Of a stretch of 64,000 nt of DNA, positions 60,501-64,000 are shown piece after piece. Made by a program: the position numbers and the translations under genes. This DNA comes from Chrysemys picta bellii. Taxonomy: Eukaryota. The first letter of the stretch is position 1; every line of letters starts with the position of its first letter. A model generated the notes under the pieces. That model did no database searches, was not told the origin of the DNA, and saw only the letters and a list, made by a program, of their open reading frames with translations. The stretch covers positions 13,578,001 through 13,642,000 of the forward strand of contig NC_088801.1 in NCBI RefSeq assembly GCF_011386835.1. Reading direction: 5' to 3'.

Positions 60501-62225
60501 TTCTACCGGGGCCACTGACCCCTGCAGGGGGGTGCTGAGAATTGGGGCTTTCCCCGCAGCAGGGCGAGCCAGTACTTGCAGCTCCAGCCCCGCGGGGGAG
60601 GGGCGCAGAGCTTCTGGCCCATGGTGCGGACACTTGCCGCAGACCGCATGAAATGAAACAGCAGGCTGCAGGTTCCCCACCCCTGTTGTAAAGAACAAAG
60701 CCATGTCACTTACAGAAACTTCTGCCTTGGTTATGGCAAAACATAAGTTTGCACAGTTCCTTTGTATAAGTCATTTGTGCAGGACCATAACCTTAAAAAA
60801 TTACAATTGACTCATTTCAGTATTATCAACAAACTGGAAGAACATGAAGACTTCTTTCCAGTATTTCAAGCACTTATTCAAGATTTACTGTGGGTTTTAG
60901 GTAAGTCATTTTTTACAAAATGGTTTCAGCCAGAATTTCCTCAACCCAAAATGACCTTCAGTGGAAACGTCAGTGTGTTGTTTGTGTACACAGTCGTGGT
61001 GTTCCTCGGCCTTAATTCCAAAGTCAGCGAGTGGGGCCAGTGACTGAACATCTGCCTCCACTTCTCTTCCCTCCCATCTCCCATTGTTACTAGCATGCCA
61101 TGTATTGCTTGTTGCAGGGCACTGGTATGGGGAAGCAGGGGAGCCTCAGAGCAGGTGGGGTAAAACAAATGGATCCTGGCTCTTAAGTATGAGGTTTGCA
61201 GTGAAGATATGCTGTGTGCACAGCCAGAATTAAGGGAAACATAACAGCCTCACACTACCCCTCTGGCCCAAGTTTAGAGATTTTCATCCCAGGCTAGCTG
61301 GAGCTGTGGGCTGCTAATCCTCAAATCCCCCCCCCCCGTGACTCAAAGAACCCGGGGATATGGCCTTAGAAGTCGTAATGACTGTCCTCACTAGTACAGC
61401 ACTTGCTCACCTATGTCACTGAGTGTGGCTGCTCCTGCTCAGGCTAGACTAACCAGTGGGTGACCCTTCCTAACCCATCTTGGCTCATGCATTCCTGGGT
61501 AAGAATTGCTGTTAAAGTATATAGTGAGTCATGCAGAAGAGAGCTGTTTGTCACTTAGCTCCATTCTTCACGCACCTGTGTGGGACTGTTGCCGGATTTC
61601 TGGTTGAAGAGTTTGGATGAAAATGTCTAGAGTCTTGCTAGTTATGTAAATAAGGGCTGGGAGGTGCACGCTGCAAATGGCTACATGTTGCATTTCTGCT
61701 TGTTTTTAGAGGGTCATAGCCAGTATGATTAAACTTCTACTGTGTATAAACAAAATCTTAAGGAAGAGTCAGTTTGAGGGTATACACCCTTCCCCAGGCC
61801 TTGCAGCAGGGTATTTACCAGTAATAGCAGTAGCACAGCTGAAACTGATTGGGCAACAAGCAGCAGCTGGATGCATGGGAAAAGGGGGCCTGACTGACTT
61901 GTTCCTCAACTTCAGGAGTAGATGGGATGGGTTTGCATGAGCAACCTAAAGCCCTTGGTTATAGATGCTGTCAAGTCAAGGACTTTCAATGCTAATCACC
62001 AGAGAGAACTTAAGTTTTAGATTAAAACCATAAAAGGGTTTATTTTCTCTAAGAAGACATTGATAACATTTCTAACTGAAGCTAAAATTTTAACTTGTAG
62101 GCCATGTCATTGTTCTTTCTCTATACAAGTGTGTCATTCCTGTGCTTTTTAACTTGTTTTCAGAGATCAGTAATCTGGATGACATTGTACCTGCTGTGCA
62201 CAGTCTGAAATTGCTAGCTCGATGA
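45547..62225 (+). CDS. CEP70: Centrosomal protein CEP70; join(45547..45591, 45954..46053, 46197..46320, 46759..46939, 47389..47558, 48747..48806, 49662..49758, 50118..50206, 50806..50880, 52492..52594, 55406..55576, 56590..56736, 57258..57426, 59550..59664, 60821..60900, 62164..62225) = 1788 nt, 595 aa
   Basis: [99 protein letters not shown] match human CEP70 (597 aa) as I recall it; all phases consistent; true start codon less certain. Confidence 0.94.
45954..46053 (+). CDS. CEP70: CEP70 exon (100 nt)
   Basis: TAG|CAG GAG ... ACAG|GTAATG. Confidence 0.9.
46197..46320 (+). CDS. CEP70: CEP70 exon (124 nt)
   Basis: CTACAG|AT ... TTAG|GTAAGA. Confidence 0.9.
46759..46939 (+). CDS. CEP70: CEP70 exon (181 nt)
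   Basis: AATTAG|G ... CAG|GTGCTT; coiled coil [13 protein letters not shown]. Confidence 0.9.
47041..47140 (-). mobile_element. CR1/SINE-type 3' tail fragment
   Basis: AAGGCCAGAAGGGACCACCAGATCATCTAGTCTGACC is the inverse of the CR1-type tail seen at 6060-6110. Confidence 0.55.
47389..47558 (+). CDS. CEP70: CEP70 exon (170 nt)
   Basis: TTTGCAG|ACA ... CAACA|GTAAGC. Confidence 0.9.
48747..48806 (+). CDS. CEP70: CEP70 exon (60 nt)
   Basis: CCTTCAG|G ... TAAG|GTAGGA; LIDYYESQI. Confidence 0.9.
49662..49758 (+). CDS. CEP70: CEP70 exon (97 nt)
   Basis: AAGCAG|A ... ACG|GTATGG; [12 protein letters not shown]. Confidence 0.88.
50118..50206 (+). CDS. CEP70: CEP70 exon (89 nt)
   Basis: GTTGTAG|TCT ... 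TAAG|GTGAGA; SFQNQL..KDLEIR. Confidence 0.85.
50574..50747. mobile_element. Decayed Harbinger-type MITE
   Basis: GGCCTAGTCTGCGCTAG ... CTAGTGTAGCCC ends. Confidence 0.5.
50806..50880 (+). CDS. CEP70: CEP70 exon (75 nt)
   Basis: TTCAACAG|A ... TCAA|GTAAGT; [18 protein letters not shown]. Confidence 0.9.
52492..52594 (+). CDS. CEP70: CEP70 exon (103 nt; alternative in-frame acceptor at 52429)
   Basis: CATGTAG|A ... CAG|GTATAG; ends RYLQ like human RYFQ; acceptor choice uncertain. Confidence 0.75.
53169..53460. mobile_element. hAT-family MITE related to 7677-8009
   Basis: TIRs CAGTGGTGGGCAACCTGTGGCC / GGCCACAGGTTGCCCACCATTG; TSD CGCTAGGC/CGCTAAGC. Confidence 0.88.
53915..54690 (+). mobile_element. 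CR1 LINE fragment with RT motifs and a large internal deletion
   Basis: [33 protein letters not shown], then a jump near 54365 to the ORF2 end and CR1 3' UTR ending CATTCTTATGT. Confidence 0.85.
55406..55576 (+). CDS. CEP70: CEP70 exon (171 nt)
   Basis: TTAAAG|GTG ... AAAG|GTAATA. Confidence 0.9.
56590..56736 (+). CDS. CEP70: CEP70 exon (147 nt)
   Basis: TTAAAG|GAC ... AAG|GTAAGT. Confidence 0.9.
57258..57426 (+). CDS. CEP70: CEP70 exon (169 nt)
   Basis: TCACAG|AAC ... CTAG|GTAAGG. Confidence 0.92.
57626..58360 (-). mobile_element. Probable solo LTR (735 bp)
   Basis: TGTTA ... GTCACA termini; 5-bp flanks TCATC/CCATC; minus-strand AATAAA near 57897-57902; no internal coding region. Confidence 0.65.
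59550..59664 (+). CDS. CEP70: CEP70 exon (115 nt)
   Basis: TTTCCAG|AT ... AAAG|GTATTT; [15 protein letters not shown]. Confidence 0.9.
60480..60685. mobile_element. hAT-family MITE
   Basis: TIRs CAGGGGCGGAGAAACT / AGGTTCCCCACCCCTG; perfect TSD TTGTAAAG. Confidence 0.88.
60821..60900 (+). CDS. CEP70: CEP70 exon (80 nt)
   Basis: ATTTCAG|T ... TTAG|GTAAGT. Confidence 0.92.
62164..62225 (+). CDS. CEP70: CEP70 last coding exon
   Basis: TTTTCAG|AG; [22 protein letters not shown] 62223-62225. Confidence 0.92.
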
Positions 62226-62328
62226 AGATTTTAAATGTGTAAAACTCAGCTGTAAGTAGTGTTAAGACATTTACCGCTACCTCCAGCCTGTTTGATCTTG
62301 ATGTACAGTTTTATAATGTTTTGACTAA

Positions 62329-62334
62329 AATAAA
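62329..62334 (+). terminator. Candidate CEP70 polyadenylation signal
   Basis: AATAAA about 100 nt after the stop. Confidence 0.5.
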
Positions 62335-63756
62335 AGTTGAGTAAAAACCTTAATGGCTGCACTCTTATTAGTCCATGACCAGGTTAGGGAAGAGATCATG
62401 GTCCTGAAAGCATAAATAACTAGTCTGAAAAAAGAAGGAACAGAAAACTTAGCTTCAGTCTACCTTTCTCTACGCCATCCCTGGAAGCCAAACGATTAAT
62501 AGTTTGTTGTAAACTTTAAAAACCTGCAGCAATAGTTTTATATGCAGTAAAGCCCTTAACTTCTACTCAAAAGTAGAACTAACCCCATCACTTAAATCAC
62601 AGTATTTTCTGCAGTATTAGAAGATCCTGTTCTTGCTATATGAATTAGTGATCCATTTATCTGATGCTTACCCACTATTGGACTCGTGGCTGGCTGCTAT
62701 AAAGGCTTTTTGGGATATTGACCGTCATGGTTCTGGGGAGCAGGAGTTAACACAGTCTGGCTGAATCACAGAATGTCCAAGTTGGGAAATATCTTACAGC
62801 TAAAAACAGATATTTGAAACTTACTAGCTTTCAAATGCAGAGTGGAAACCCTGTGCTGGTCTTTTGAGCCAGCTGTGCTACTGAGAGCTAGACCTTGGCT
62901 CAGGTTGCATTTGTCTCATGAGCAAGATTAAAACCATCATTTTTAAACAATTTATTGTACATTTTGAAACTTTAAAAATATACTGAATTTGTGGAAGTAT
63001 TTTGGTACATACTTGACCCATGTTTAAATAAAAACCTGTTAAAGATAACTACAGTTTTATAAGTAGACTGTGCATTATTAGCAAGGTTCACAAGACAGAG
63101 TTAAGTACAGTAATAAAATTTTCAACATCAGATTAAAACCCTGTTAATAATTTGGAACACAGTTATTCACCCTGCTTTGGTGGCTCATTACATATATACA
63201 CCTTTCCAGATAGCACCTATACATCGGCTTTATAAAAAGCTCCTGGACAGTTGAATAGTATCACAATAGTATCTAGACTTGTATATCAATTGTAATAACT
63301 TTTTTTTGGAAGCACTATCATCTTGTAATGGAGTGTTTTGAAAGTCTATTCTGCACCTGCCATAGTTTAATGCATTCTGTTAACAAGATACTGGCAGCTT
63401 GGAGAAGTGAAGTCTATCTTACAAAAAAGTCAGACCTGCTGTATTCTTGTTTAAATGAACAATCAAATATGGAAACCAAAGTTTCTTTGAAGATATGCCT
63501 TGTAGGACTAATCCACAAACAAATGCTTGAGTACCTAATAATACATTTAGAGCCAGTCTAAATCTGAAGATTTAAATTCTTACCTTTTCTAAAACGATAG
63601 CCAGTCATTGAAAAAGGTAAACTATAAACATTTCACCTCACAACTTGCTTTGTGTATAATATTCTGAAGTTTTAAAATAGATTAGTTACAGAATATACAT
63701 ATATACATTAATAAAGAGTAAATAGTTATTGCATAAAAGGCACATGATATAGGCCA

Positions 63757-63793
63757 TCATCTTCTGCGCCGTCTCTTTGCCGTCAGCTCATAC
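63757..63793 (-). CDS. ESYT3: Last coding exon of probable extended synaptotagmin-3 ((W)YELTAKRRRRR*)
   Basis: Acceptor TCTCTTGCAG|G TAT GAG CTG ACG; human ESYT3 ends WYELTPNGQPRS and lies tail-to-tail with CEP70; only 12 codons visible, so the call leans on synteny. Confidence 0.65.
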
Positions 63794-63894
63794 CTGCAAG
63801 AGACATAATTTGCTGTCTTTAAAAACTATATTTGAAAGAAGCACCTATAAGAAAACAAGTTTTAACAAGTGCCCTTTAGGAGTTTGATTCGTTT

Positions 63895-63975
63895 TGTGTG
63901 TGAGATCTTTTATTGGACCAACTTCTGTTGGTGAAAGAGACAAGCTTTTGAGTTCAGCTTCATGTTTTTCAAGCT
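63895..63975. mobile_element. Penelope-like fragment (same family as 29900-30140)
   Basis: ATCTTTTATTGGACCAACTTCTGTTGGTGAAAGAGACAAGCTT. Confidence 0.6.
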
Positions 63976-64000
63976 CTTCTCTTAGTGCAGGGGTAGGCAA

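Overview
Vertebrate genomic DNA, very probably a turtle: the repeats are a tortoise-type tRNA/CR1-tail SINE, Harbinger, hAT and Tigger MITEs, Penelope-like palindromes, CR1, L1 and DIRS. Five spliced genes alternate in orientation: DTX3L (minus, 1-4543, runs off the left edge inside exon 3), PARP9 (plus, CDS 14707-30515, 789 aa), FAIM (minus, CDS 33313-38283/39260, 179 aa short and 202 aa long form), CEP70 (plus, CDS 45547-62225, 595 aa) and the last coding exon of a probable ESYT3 (minus, 63757-63793). I rebuilt the exons by hand from GT-AG junctions and frame continuity, and named the genes from remembered human orthologue sequences; no database search was run. There are two CpG-island head-to-head promoters (DTX3L/PARP9 with a perfect IRF element; FAIM/CEP70 with a YY1-type motif) and two tail-to-tail junctions. 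The best leads are a FAIM-L cassette exon with SRRM4-type UGC motifs, a 416-bp fold-back hairpin in the PARP9 leader intron, DTX3L-PARP9 lying next to FAIM (about 16 Mb apart in human), a possible uORF-bearing PARP9 leader exon, an in-frame Cys-rich alternative acceptor in CEP70, a polybasic ESYT3 tail and a DIRS relic. I found no CRISPR array, rRNA or functional tRNA, and no clearly new biological system.
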